DNA of 64,000 nucleotides from Nitrospirota bacterium (lineage in GTDB: Bacteria; Nitrospirota; UBA9217). Positions 40,610-49,443 of the stretch are shown piece by piece (the first letter of the stretch is position 1; each line of letters opens with the position of its first letter). The position numbers were made by a program, and so were the translations under genes. The notes beneath the pieces are model-generated. The model searched no databases, had not been told where the DNA came from, and saw only the letters and a list, made by a program, of their open reading frames with translations. The DNA lies in the NCBI GenBank assembly GCA_963737155.1, contig CAVTRN010000002.1:1632001-1696000 (forward strand), read 5' to 3'.

Positions 40610-41374
40610 TTGAGATATACATTGAAATCAAAAACCGAAGCGATCATCATAAGCAGCATGAACCTGGGAGATGCCGACAAACTCGTCTCCTTTTTTTCCA
40701 TTGACCGCGGTATGCTCAAGGGCATCGCGAAAAATGCGAGAAAGTCTTTCAAACGATTCGGTGCGGGACTCGAGAGTTTCACCCTTGTACGGCTTCATCT
40801 GCACGAGCGGGAACACCAGGAGCTTGTCCGGATCGAGACATCGGAGATTCTCGAGCAGCACGTATCCATCGGCTGCGATCTGGGCCGTGCGGCGGCCGGA
40901 GCGGTTATGCTCGAACTGGTGCGTGAAATGTCGCCCCTGGGCGAGCGCAACTCTCCTGCTTTTCTGCTCCTCTCGCACGCCCTTTACCTGATGGACGAAG
41001 GAGAAGAACCGCTCTTTCTCCTTAGCGTTTTCATGGCCAAGTTCCTGTCGCTCCTCGGTTACCAGCCTAGGCTCGATTCGTGCCTCTCCTGCGGAACCCG
41101 GCCGAAAGGAGAGGTTCTGTTTCTCGGTGTAAAAGGAGGGATTCTTTGTCCGTCCTGTGTGGGCTCTTCAGGAGAACCGCAGATCCGGCTGTCTGCCGGC
41201 GCCGTGGGATTTTATTACCATGTGCTCAAGATGGATATGGAAAAGGTTTCCCGCCTGAAGCCGTCTCGCAACATTATTCAGGAGCTTGATCGCGCTTTCG
41301 CTGCTCATATCTTCCATATCCTCGGCAAACGCCTCAAGTCAACGTATTTCTTAAAGACAGTCTGTACCATATGA
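40610..41374 (+). CDS. recO: DNA repair protein RecO
   Basis: TEAII...GDADKLV, AKNARKS.KRFG, LGYQP.LDSCLSCG...CPSC. Confidence 0.93.
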   Translation: MRYTLKSKTEAIIISSMNLGDADKLVSFFSIDRGMLKGIAKNARKSFKRFGAGLESFTLVRLHLHEREHQELVRIETSEILEQHVSIGCDLGRAAAGAVMLELVREMSPLGERNSPAFLLLSHALYLMDEGEEPLFLLSVFMAKFLSLLGYQPRLDSCLSCGTRPKGEVLFLGVKGGILCPSCVGSSGEPQIRLSAGAVGFYYHVLKMDMEKVSRLKPSRNIIQELDRAFAAHIFHILGKRLKSTYFLKTVCTI

Positions 41375-41470
41375 GCGAACGATCTCTTCTAAAGAGGAAA
41401 ATTATTAAGGTCGAATGAAACTTTCTGGGATTTACGTCCAATGCGGCGGATAGATTAGCAGCAGAAAAAC

Positions 41471-43018
41471 TTAGTGTTGACGAGAGGACAGTTTCTTAGG
41501 GCGGCAAGCAACCAGCATGATCAACGTGAAAAAGACACAACAGTAGGAAAAAAGATCGCCATAGCGAGTGTAAAAAGACTTCTCCAAGCCCGGAAGAAGC
41601 CTGTGCGTCAGATACGCTTCTGCAAAGATATTCGAAGTCTCAAGAATCCTTCCCTGCGCATCGATGAATCCCGATATGCCTGTATTTGCCGCGCGCGCTA
41701 CAGGAACACGGTTTTCCACGGCACGGAAGACGGCCATTGAAAAGTGCTGATATGGGGCGGCGGTTTTACCGAACCAAGCATCATTTGTAATGGTTGTAAC
41801 GATTGATGCACCCCGATCCACGAATCTCCTTACAAGATCGGGGAAAATGATTTCGTAGCAAATGACGGTGCAAAGACTGGTTTCCTTTCGCTTGCCCAAT
41901 TCGCTGTACGGAACGGTCATCACCGTGTAGGTGCTGCCAGCTTCAGCATCGCCGACGGCCTGCGTTAGTTTATCAATGAAGAAGAAGATTTTTTTAAGCG
42001 GCACGTACTCACCGAAGGGAACAAGGTGAATTTTGCTGTATTCTGCAACCACCTGCCCCTCTCCTGACAGGAGAAATGCGGAATTCCGGCTGATGATATG
42101 ACGGTTCGATAAAATTTCATAGGTTGGGCTTCCAAATAGGAGTGGCACATTGTTCTGCTTCACGAAAGCTATGAGGTCATCCGTAAGAGGTTTGTCGTTA
42201 TCGAATGTCCCGCCGAAATAGAAGGGCAAGGCGGTTTCGGGCCAGATGACAAGGTCAGGGCGATGTTTGAGCGCTTCTAAGGTTAGTCGCTTGTATACGG
42301 CAATAACCTCTGACTGGTACGCTGGGTCCCACTTTTTGTCCTGCTCAATGTTCCCTTGTACTACCGAGATGTTGATGCCGTCGGATCGTTCCTTTGGCCG
42401 AAGCTTGACGAATCCGTATCCGAGCGTGAGAACCAATGCGAGAATTGAGATGACGATTGCGGGCCAGTTCTTCTTTTCCCCTATGAATTCCGCCACGGAT
42501 GTGTTCACCAACACGAGAAGAAATGATACGCCGTACACGCCGGTGATGTCGGCTATCTGAATTACCGGAAGCAGTCTGTACTGCGTGTATCCGAGCAACG
42601 CCCACGGAAAGCCGCTGAAGACGTATGTCCTAGCAAGTTCCAAAGCAGTCCAGATAAGCGGAACCGCGATGAAGAACAATCGCGGATTACCGTTTCTAAC
42701 GTGCACGGACGCTGCAGCGAAGAGCGCAGGGTAGAGTGCCAGGTAGGAACAAAGAAGAAGCGTGATCAGGGATGCCGGGATGAGCGGAATGCCGCCGTAA
42801 AAATAAATGGAATTGGTGACCCAATAGACCGTGCCGGCAAAATAAAAAATGCCTGTGATTCCGCCGAGCCAGAAACCGTTTTTTACGGTTTGTCCCCTCA
42901 GTGCGAGGAGCAGCGGGACAAGGGCAAACCATGCGGCAAAATGTAGATTGAGGGTAGAAAAGGACGCAGCCAGGAACAGTCCAGAAGCAGCCGCTAGAGC
43001 CGTGGCACGGAGGTTCAT
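41471..43018 (-). CDS. lnt: Apolipoprotein N-acyltransferase
   Basis: GFPWALLGYTQ, VQGNI, IWPETA, K.HLVPFGEYVP, ICYEIIFP, TNDAWFG, RAANTGIS. Confidence 0.96.
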   Translation of the reverse strand: MNLRATALAAASGLFLAASFSTLNLHFAAWFALVPLLLALRGQTVKNGFWLGGITGIFYFAGTVYWVTNSIYFYGGIPLIPASLITLLLCSYLALYPALFAAASVHVRNGNPRLFFIAVPLIWTALELARTYVFSGFPWALLGYTQYRLLPVIQIADITGVYGVSFLLVLVNTSVAEFIGEKKNWPAIVISILALVLTLGYGFVKLRPKERSDGINISVVQGNIEQDKKWDPAYQSEVIAVYKRLTLEALKHRPDLVIWPETALPFYFGGTFDNDKPLTDDLIAFVKQNNVPLLFGSPTYEILSNRHIISRNSAFLLSGEGQVVAEYSKIHLVPFGEYVPLKKIFFFIDKLTQAVGDAEAGSTYTVMTVPYSELGKRKETSLCTVICYEIIFPDLVRRFVDRGASIVTTITNDAWFGKTAAPYQHFSMAVFRAVENRVPVARAANTGISGFIDAQGRILETSNIFAEAYLTHRLLPGLEKSFYTRYGDLFSYCCVFFTLIMLVACRPKKLSSRQH

Positions 43019-43019
43019 T

Positions 43020-43415
43020 CTATTGCGCTGCCTTTTGCTCCTGCATCCACTTCAAGAGGCCTTCTTTCATGCTGTTGTTGATGCTCTGGTCGGCAGTGGA
43101 CAGAGAGAGCGGCGTGGGATTCTGAGACGGACGGGGTTTGTGCGGCACACTTTTCTGGGGTCTGGATGCCAATTTTGCTGGAGCCATACGGGACGGCGCC
43201 GGTTGACGTTTCTGCTCCTCCTGAACAGCAAGTGTAAGGGACGATACTGCATGACGGTAAAGTATCTCCCGCTTCTGCCCTTCAATGACAATCACATAGC
43301 TATCGAAAGCCTTTATCCTACCCGAAACGCGAATTTTATTCTGGAGTGTCACGGTTACGGGGGTCTGCTCTGTAAGGTATGTGTTCAACATTCGGTCGAG
43401 AAGATTTGTTTCCAT
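43020..43415 (-). CDS. Hfq-like (Sm-fold) protein with a long disordered C-terminal tail
   Basis: PVTVTLQNKIRVSGRIKAFDSYVI...LYRHAVSS matches Hfq Sm1/Sm2 (YKHAIST); GAGGTG RBS. Confidence 0.8.
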   Translation of the reverse strand: METNLLDRMLNTYLTEQTPVTVTLQNKIRVSGRIKAFDSYVIVIEGQKREILYRHAVSSLTLAVQEEQKRQPAPSRMAPAKLASRPQKSVPHKPRPSQNPTPLSLSTADQSINNSMKEGLLKWMQEQKAAQ

Positions 43416-43450
43416 GGCAGTCACCTCTGGATCTGAAAAATGTTCCGGTT

Positions 43451-43933
43451 TTACCGATTTATCGTGGTAATTGAGTGCTTATAATACAGGTGCTGCATGC
43501 CGCCTGCCGAGAGCAAAAGCGTAAAGCTATCGTATGCTTCGATATGTGCCTTTATCCGTTGGCCATTTACCAGGTAGATCGTGAGAAGCTGGTTTTCCCT
43601 GATGGCTTTATCGAGAAACTCTTTCTGTATGTTCGGGCGGCTGGCGACGGTATCCGGAGAGGTCGACGGTTCGGAAGCGCTTTGGGACGGTTGCGGCGCT
43701 GATCGAAAGAGTACCGGTTGAGGAGCGGAAAGGTAGGAAATTTCCTGCTTGAGAAGCGTGATGATCGCACCGTTTACGTCGAGGTTGATTTCGTATCGGC
43801 CGACGTCGTGGAGCAGTCCTTCATATTCGGTTTTATTCATCTGGCCGATACGAATTCTCATCCCGTTTGCTAATACCTGCGACAGGAACTGTGGTTCTAC
43901 GGTTTGATTTGATTCTTCCTTCAGCACTTCCAT
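43451..43933 (-). CDS. Tandem two-domain Hfq-like protein
   Basis: C-domain NIQKEFL...LTIYLVNGQRIKAHIEAYDSFTLLL...YYKHSITTI is Hfq-like; N-domain VEPQFL...MNKTEYEG..HDVGRYEI...LLKQEISY is a degenerate second Sm fold; Pro/Ser linker. Confidence 0.75.
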   Translation of the reverse strand: MEVLKEESNQTVEPQFLSQVLANGMRIRIGQMNKTEYEGLLHDVGRYEINLDVNGAIITLLKQEISYLSAPQPVLFRSAPQPSQSASEPSTSPDTVASRPNIQKEFLDKAIRENQLLTIYLVNGQRIKAHIEAYDSFTLLLSAGGMQHLYYKHSITTINR

Positions 43934-43940
43934 TAAAAAA

Positions 43941-43969
43941 ATCATAGCTGAATTTATGCACTTTTGCAA
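43941..43969 (-). promoter_or_regulatory. sigma70 promoter for the hfq-like/lnt genes, probably leaderless
   Basis: Minus strand TTGCAA-N17-TATGAT, 7 nt before ATG 43933. Confidence 0.65.
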
Positions 43970-44035
43970 GAAAAATATCTAGCCGCCAGTCGGGACACTT
44001 AAGAAATCAATACGGCGTAACGCGGTTTTTCCTTA

Positions 44036-44064
44036 TTGACTTTTCACAGAGTATGCCCTATTAT
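44036..44064 (+). promoter_or_regulatory. sigma70 promoter for queD, probably leaderless
   Basis: TTGACT-N17-TATTAT, 8 nt before ATG 44073, no SD. Confidence 0.65.
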
Positions 44065-44072
44065 CCAACGCT

Positions 44073-44441
44073 ATGTATGAGCTTATGGTCGAATCAAAAT
44101 TTGCCGCAGCCCATCAGCTGCGGGGGTACCAGGGCCAGTGCGAAAAACTCCACGGACATAACTGGCGCGTAACGATCGCCGTGACCGCCGAACATCTGGA
44201 CGAAGTTGGGCTAGCTGTCGATTTTCACGTGCTAAAAAAATCGCTTCGTGAAGTGCTCGACCAGCTGGAGCATACGTTCCTGAACGAAATTTTTCCCTTC
44301 ACCCAGATCAACCCCTCCTCAGAAAACCTGGCAAAATGGATCTATGACACCATGGCAAAAAAGATCAACGACGACAACATAGAAGTCGCGAGCGTGACCG
44401 TTTGGGAGTCTGACACGGCTTCAGCGAGCTATTTCGAGTAA
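44073..44441 (+). CDS. queD: 6-carboxytetrahydropterin synthase
   Basis: FAAAHQL..Y.G.CEKLHGHNW, NPSSENLA, VWES. Confidence 0.95.
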   Translation: MYELMVESKFAAAHQLRGYQGQCEKLHGHNWRVTIAVTAEHLDEVGLAVDFHVLKKSLREVLDQLEHTFLNEIFPFTQINPSSENLAKWIYDTMAKKINDDNIEVASVTVWESDTASASYFE

Positions 44442-44490
44442 AAGCCTTTATATCGTTCACTGCAGAACGCAGAGGTCCAGAGGAGGCAGC

Positions 44491-45828
44491 ATGGACAAAA
44501 GAACTGCTGAAAAAATACTCTCCTTTGCAAAATTACATAAGGCCGACGCGGCGGAGGTGTTTCTTCGATCGTACTCATCGACGACTGTTGAAATAAAAGA
44601 GCAACAGGTCGATGCGTTCGAACAGGCGCGGGACATCGGCGCCGGCCTACGCGTAATCGTACAGGGTCGGCAGGGGTTTGCTTTCACGACTGATCTTTCG
44701 GACAACGCCCTTGCCACACTTGCCCGTGCAGCAATTACAAACGCGCAGAACACCATCCCGGATCCCTATCACTCCTTTCCTGCAAAAACGGTGGTTCCCT
44801 ATCACCCCGTCACGATCTTTGATCCAGATATCATCTCTTTGACGGAAATGGAAAAGATAGACCGGGTGAAGTCCATGGAACGCGAGGCATTCGCTGTAGA
44901 CAAACGGATCAAGCGCGTCCGGAAGGCATCTGCTTCATTTTCAGGTGCTGAAACGCTGATCATGAACAGCCTGGGAACGGAAATGTCGTATGAAAGCACA
45001 GCCTGTTCATCGAGCATTGAAGTGGTCGCCGAGGAAGAGGGAGAATCCCAGGCGGGTTCGGAATTCGACGTGAACCGCTTTTATAGAAAACTCGAAATCG
45101 AAGAGGTCGGTCGGCGGGCTGCTCAGAAAGCCATCGACCTGCTTGGCGCAAGGCACATAGAATCAGTCAAGACACCAGTAGTTCTTGAAGCGACGGTTGC
45201 GCAGGATTTTCTTTCCCTGATGGCGAGCGGCTTCTCGGCGGAAAGCGTTCAGAAAAAGAGGTCACTTTTCATCGGGAAACTAGGTTCTAATGTTGCATCA
45301 AATGCTATCACCGTGATCGACGACGGTCTGCGGGAAGGTGGTCTCGGCACTGCACCCTGTGATGATGAGACAGTGCCGATGCAAAGGAAAACCGTTATCG
45401 ACAAAGGCAGGCTTGCCCTGTACTTGTACAATACTTACACCGCGAACAAGGACAAAACTGTATCAACGGGCAACGGCATGCGCGGCGGCTTCAAAGGTCT
45501 GCCCGGCGTGGGCTTGACGAACCTCTACATTGAACCGGGAAAGGAGTCTCCCGAGGCTCTGATTGCATCGATCAATAAGGGTCTGTATGTTACCGAAGTC
45601 ATGGGCATGCATACCGCCAACCCTATTTCTGGTGATTTTTCAGTCGGCGCAACGGGCTTCTGGATTGAGAAAGGGGTAAAGGCATATGCTGTGCGCGAAA
45701 TTACGATCGCCGGCAACATTCTCGACCTTATTAAACACGTGGACGCTGTGGGCAGCGACCTGCGCTTCTCAGGCAGAATCGGCAGCCCTTCACTCCGCAT
45801 AGAGGAACTTTCGGTCGGCGGGAAGTAA
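44491..45828 (+). CDS. pmbA: PmbA/TldE family protein
   Basis: GAGLRV, STGNG.R, GMHTANPISGDFS, TIAGN; no TldD HExxxH motif seen. Confidence 0.88.
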   Translation: MDKRTAEKILSFAKLHKADAAEVFLRSYSSTTVEIKEQQVDAFEQARDIGAGLRVIVQGRQGFAFTTDLSDNALATLARAAITNAQNTIPDPYHSFPAKTVVPYHPVTIFDPDIISLTEMEKIDRVKSMEREAFAVDKRIKRVRKASASFSGAETLIMNSLGTEMSYESTACSSSIEVVAEEEGESQAGSEFDVNRFYRKLEIEEVGRRAAQKAIDLLGARHIESVKTPVVLEATVAQDFLSLMASGFSAESVQKKRSLFIGKLGSNVASNAITVIDDGLREGGLGTAPCDDETVPMQRKTVIDKGRLALYLYNTYTANKDKTVSTGNGMRGGFKGLPGVGLTNLYIEPGKESPEALIASINKGLYVTEVMGMHTANPISGDFSVGATGFWIEKGVKAYAVREITIAGNILDLIKHVDAVGSDLRFSGRIGSPSLRIEELSVGGK

Positions 45829-46036
45829 CTCGTCCCATCGGAGGAGATAGCAACATCAGAAGCATCTTTACACCGCGGGATAAACTCATTCTTTCTCTCT
45901 ATAATGATATACTAAGGAGGTCCTCGGTCTGCCTTGTTTTTGAGGCATGAAACTGGATTGAATTCCTGAAAGAGATGATTTTGGAATCAGATTCTCGTCT
46001 TTAGGTGATAAACCTGATTACCCATCAATTACCGCC

Positions 46037-46507
46037 ATGACTGTGCTATCAGAAGCCACCAAGAAGGAAATCGAAAGCCTCACACGGGAAATAAACGAGC
46101 ATAATTACCGCTACTATGTTCTCGATGCCCCGGTCATATCCGACGAGGAATATGACCGTCTCTTCCGGCGGTTGAGGGAACTTGAGGAACAGCATCATTA
46201 CCTTCTCCCCGATTCTCCGACACAGCGAGTAGGCGCCCCTCCACTTGATAAATTCGCAAAAGTACGGCACACCGAACCGATGCTCTCGCTTGATAATGCT
46301 TTCTCCCATGATGAACTTCGCGAGTTTGACCAGCGAGTGAAGCGTTTTCTGAAGTCGGATTTTGAAGTGGAATACACCGTGGAACCGAAGTATGACGGCC
46401 TTGCCATGGAACTTACCTATAGGAAAGGTCTCTTTGTCCGGGCAGCCACTCGAGGAGACGTAACCGCAAGTAAAATAGTGATTGTGCCAACAATCAAGTG
46501 GTGGTGA
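46037..46507 (+). pseudogene. ligA: 5' fragment of the native NAD-dependent DNA ligase, truncated after ATRGD (~46460)
   Basis: HNYRYYVLDAP.ISD.EYD, SPTQRVG, PMLSLDN, EPKYDGLA, ATRGD, then an unrelated AT-rich tail and stop. Confidence 0.9.
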
Positions 46508-46602
46508 AATGGACAAAAATTGTGTTTGGCTGGTTGCTGTAGACTGAAGTAAATTTATATGTTCACCGAAGTCCTCAAATAAGTAATTCCATTTTATTAA
46601 TT

Positions 46603-48591
46603 ATGAAATTTTCTAGAGAACAAAAAGACATCCTTTCAAGGTCTGGAATAAAACTTCGCAATCTGACTGATGAAAAGATATTTGAAATTGCTGAGCGTAA
46701 AGTTGACGAAAGTTCTCTCAGCGACGATCAGCTTATTGAGTTCCTAACTGTTGCCAATGCTTTATATCGAGCGGGTAGACAGATCATCAGCGACGCTGAT
46801 TATGATTTTACATTCCTTGCCGAGCTAAGAGCAAGACACCCCAAACATCCATATCTACAGACGGTCGAACCTGAGACAGCATTTGCTGGCAAAACGGTAG
46901 AATTGCCAATCAGAATGCTGTCGACGGAGAAAGCCTATTCGAAACAGGACATCGAAAAATGGGTCGCCCGGGTGGAAAAAGCAGCTAAAGAGTTGAACAA
47001 AGATTTCAATAAAATTCTTTTTAAGGTAACGCCGAAACTTGACGGCTTTGCAGCCTACGATGACGGTAAGCGCCTCTATACTCGAGGTGATGGACGTAGA
47101 GGGACAGACATTTCACGAGTGCTTGAGAGAGGATTATCAGTCGCGGATAGCGGAAGACGGGGCTTAGGGGCGGGGGAAATAGTCGTTAACAGGCATTACT
47201 TTGATGAAGTACTAGCACCATATTTTGACAACCCACGCAACTTTCAAGCTAGCGTGATTAAGGAAAAAGATTTAGAAGAACATGCAGAGCAAGCAATTAA
47301 AGATAAAGCGGCAGTTTTCTATCCATTCAATATTCTTCCAAGTTGGCAGGGGACTTGGCAGAAGTTAAATGAAGAATTTGATAATGTCGTAAAGAAAATG
47401 TGGACGTCAACTGATTTCGATGTCGATGGTTTGGTAATAGAAGTATTAGACTCAGACCTTAAAGAATTAATGGGAAGCACCATTCACCACCATCGTTGGC
47501 AAATAGCTTACAAGATTAATGCAGAATCTGCTAAAGTTCGAATTCTAAAAATCACCCCCAATACATCTCGTTCCGGACGTGTTAATCCAGTTGCAGAAGT
47601 TGAACCGACGAGATTAAGTGGTGCTATGATTCAACGAGCCACCGCACATAATTACAAAATGGTCCTTGAAAAAGGCATTGGTCCAGGAGCTTTGATCGAA
47701 CTGACGCGTAGCGGAGAGGTAATTCCAAAAATTGAGAGGGTGATTGAGCAGGCTCAACCTGAAATCCCTGAACATTGTCCTAGCTGCCAGTCTGAATTAG
47801 TATGGGACGGGGACTACCTCTTTTGTACGAATAGACTCGAATGCCCAGCCCAGATCGAAAACTCAATGGAACATTTTTTCAAAATGTTAGGTAACGTAGA
47901 TTTGTTTGGTTCCTCGACAATTAAGAAATTGTATGAAAATGGAGTACGAGCAGTTGAAGACATCTATAAGCTTAAAATAGCTGATTTTCAATCGATGGGA
48001 TTTGGCCCCAAGCAATCGGAAAATTTGGTGGCTCAACTAAACAGGAGTCGTCGAGAGAGAATTGAAGATTGGCGATTTCTTTCAGCATTTGGCGTAATTA
48101 GGCTCGGTCGGGGCAATTGCGAAAAATTATTACGTCATTATGAATTAGATGAAATTTTCAAAATGTCAAAAGAAGATATTGCAAAAATTGAAGGTTTTGC
48201 GGAAAAAACCGCAGCTGTTGTAGTCAAAGGCTTAAGGCGCATAAAGAGACATTTCAATAATATTTATAAACTCCGCTTTAACTTGGAGAGAACATCGCGT
48301 AAGGATGACGTTATAAGAGATCAACAAAGAAGTCCATTAGCGGGAATGACAATTGTTTTCACAGGAGAAATGAAACACGGGACCCGGGACGAAATGGAAA
48401 AAGAAGCCAAGAATATGGGTGCTAGGATCGGGACGTCTGTCACCGGGAATACAAGTATTTTAGTAACAGGTGACCGCGTGGGAGCAACAAAAACAAAAGT
48501 CGCAGAAGAAAAAGGAGTTCGCATTTTATCGGAGGACAATTACTTGGAAATGATTGGCAAACTCAATCAAGCAGGCCATAAATTCCAGTAG
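46603..48591 (+). CDS. ligA: Second, divergent full-length NAD-dependent DNA ligase
   Basis: ISDADYD, MLSTEK, motif I PKLDG, TRGDG, DVDGLV, RWQIAYK, OB fold, CPSC..C..C zinc finger, HhH repeats, BRCT (IVFTG...R). Confidence 0.9.
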   Translation: MKFSREQKDILSRSGIKLRNLTDEKIFEIAERKVDESSLSDDQLIEFLTVANALYRAGRQIISDADYDFTFLAELRARHPKHPYLQTVEPETAFAGKTVELPIRMLSTEKAYSKQDIEKWVARVEKAAKELNKDFNKILFKVTPKLDGFAAYDDGKRLYTRGDGRRGTDISRVLERGLSVADSGRRGLGAGEIVVNRHYFDEVLAPYFDNPRNFQASVIKEKDLEEHAEQAIKDKAAVFYPFNILPSWQGTWQKLNEEFDNVVKKMWTSTDFDVDGLVIEVLDSDLKELMGSTIHHHRWQIAYKINAESAKVRILKITPNTSRSGRVNPVAEVEPTRLSGAMIQRATAHNYKMVLEKGIGPGALIELTRSGEVIPKIERVIEQAQPEIPEHCPSCQSELVWDGDYLFCTNRLECPAQIENSMEHFFKMLGNVDLFGSSTIKKLYENGVRAVEDIYKLKIADFQSMGFGPKQSENLVAQLNRSRRERIEDWRFLSAFGVIRLGRGNCEKLLRHYELDEIFKMSKEDIAKIEGFAEKTAAVVVKGLRRIKRHFNNIYKLRFNLERTSRKDDVIRDQQRSPLAGMTIVFTGEMKHGTRDEMEKEAKNMGARIGTSVTGNTSILVTGDRVGATKTKVAEEKGVRILSEDNYLEMIGKLNQAGHKFQ

Positions 48592-48653
48592 TCCCAGTAA
48601 AAAAACATTCTATCTATAGGTGTTACCATTTTTTGAAACTCATCAGTTTACGT

Positions 48654-48750
48654 TGCAGATTCCGATTGGCATCGGACACCGATTCCATTTTTGAATCGGG
48701 CACCAGTTCCAATCAGTCTTGGACAGAAGTTCCCAAATTAGTCCGGACAG
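48654..48750 (+). mobile_element. Orphan IS21-family-like terminus with four internal repeats
   Basis: Starts TGCAGATTCC; four ~23-24 bp units of the form RTTCC-N7/8-xTYGGRCA; no istA/istB nearby. Confidence 0.6.
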
Positions 48751-48896
48751 CAATACATCCCTTACAATTTTTATTATAGAATACATTATGAATTCGTGAT
48801 AGCAAATCCGATATTAGTAACATTTAATGAAATCCACAAATATTCTATTCCCATCATCATAGGTTCTATTATTCCTTATTGTGAGTTCTGAATACT

Positions 48897-49220
48897 TTAG
48901 CGTACAATGGCTCGAAGAATCTTGAGAACGAGTTTTAAATCATTTTCATCTGCTTCTTGGAGAAGCTTATTAATTTCACTCTTTACTTGCCTGCTCGTTG
49001 CCTCATGTGCGAATTCAAAAATATCCTTCATTTCTATACCCAAGGCTTTTGAAATATTATCTAGTGTATCTAGGGAGGGATAACTATTCCCCACCTCAAT
49101 CCGACTTAGATGCTTGGGATCAATATCTATTTTGTCAGATAACTGTTCTTGCGATAATCGTTTCGCCTTTCTTAATTCCTTTATTCTCGCTCCGAGAAAT
49201 ATCTTTATTGTTGTTTTCAT
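48897..49220 (-). CDS. XRE-family HTH regulator
   Basis: LGARIKELRKAKRLSQEQLSDKIDIDPKHLSRIEVG..YPSLDTL; AGGAGG RBS. Confidence 0.92.
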   Translation of the reverse strand: MKTTIKIFLGARIKELRKAKRLSQEQLSDKIDIDPKHLSRIEVGNSYPSLDTLDNISKALGIEMKDIFEFAHEATSRQVKSEINKLLQEADENDLKLVLKILRAIVR

Positions 49221-49288
49221 CATGCCTCCTTTTAGCAATAATCAGCTTAAAGGAGGCATTTTATAACTACATTAAAAAAAGATTATTA

Positions 49289-49340
49289 TTGACAATATCA
49301 ATATATAATGTAGATTAATATAATAAATATATTGATATTG
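49289..49340 (+). promoter_or_regulatory. Promoter in the divergent region overlapped by a 14-bp perfect inverted repeat (candidate XRE operator)
   Basis: TTGACA at 49289; CAATATCAATATAT (49293-49306) and ATATATTGATATTG (49327-49340). Confidence 0.55.
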
Positions 49341-49443
49341 GGGTGCATAATCAACTTTATTTGTAGATTCAGAGCTTATTCATCTTGCTAAAATAGAACG
49401 AAGTTAGCCCCTAAATTCCTTAAGATTGTGAGAGTATTTAGAA

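Noticed and set aside
14206-44030. Similar motif TACGGCGT(CGT)AAYGCGGTTTTT at 14206-14230 and 44011-44030, both near promoters
   Set aside because: Needs a 3-nt gap and a mismatch, is not palindromic, sits at different positions relative to the promoters and occurs only twice; compatible with chance
46460-46602. Intron, intein or transposon end at the ligA breakpoint (GTAACCGCAAG...)
   Set aside because: No GUGYG intron start, no intein reading frame, and no partner inverted repeat or transposase in the window; the mechanism is left unassigned
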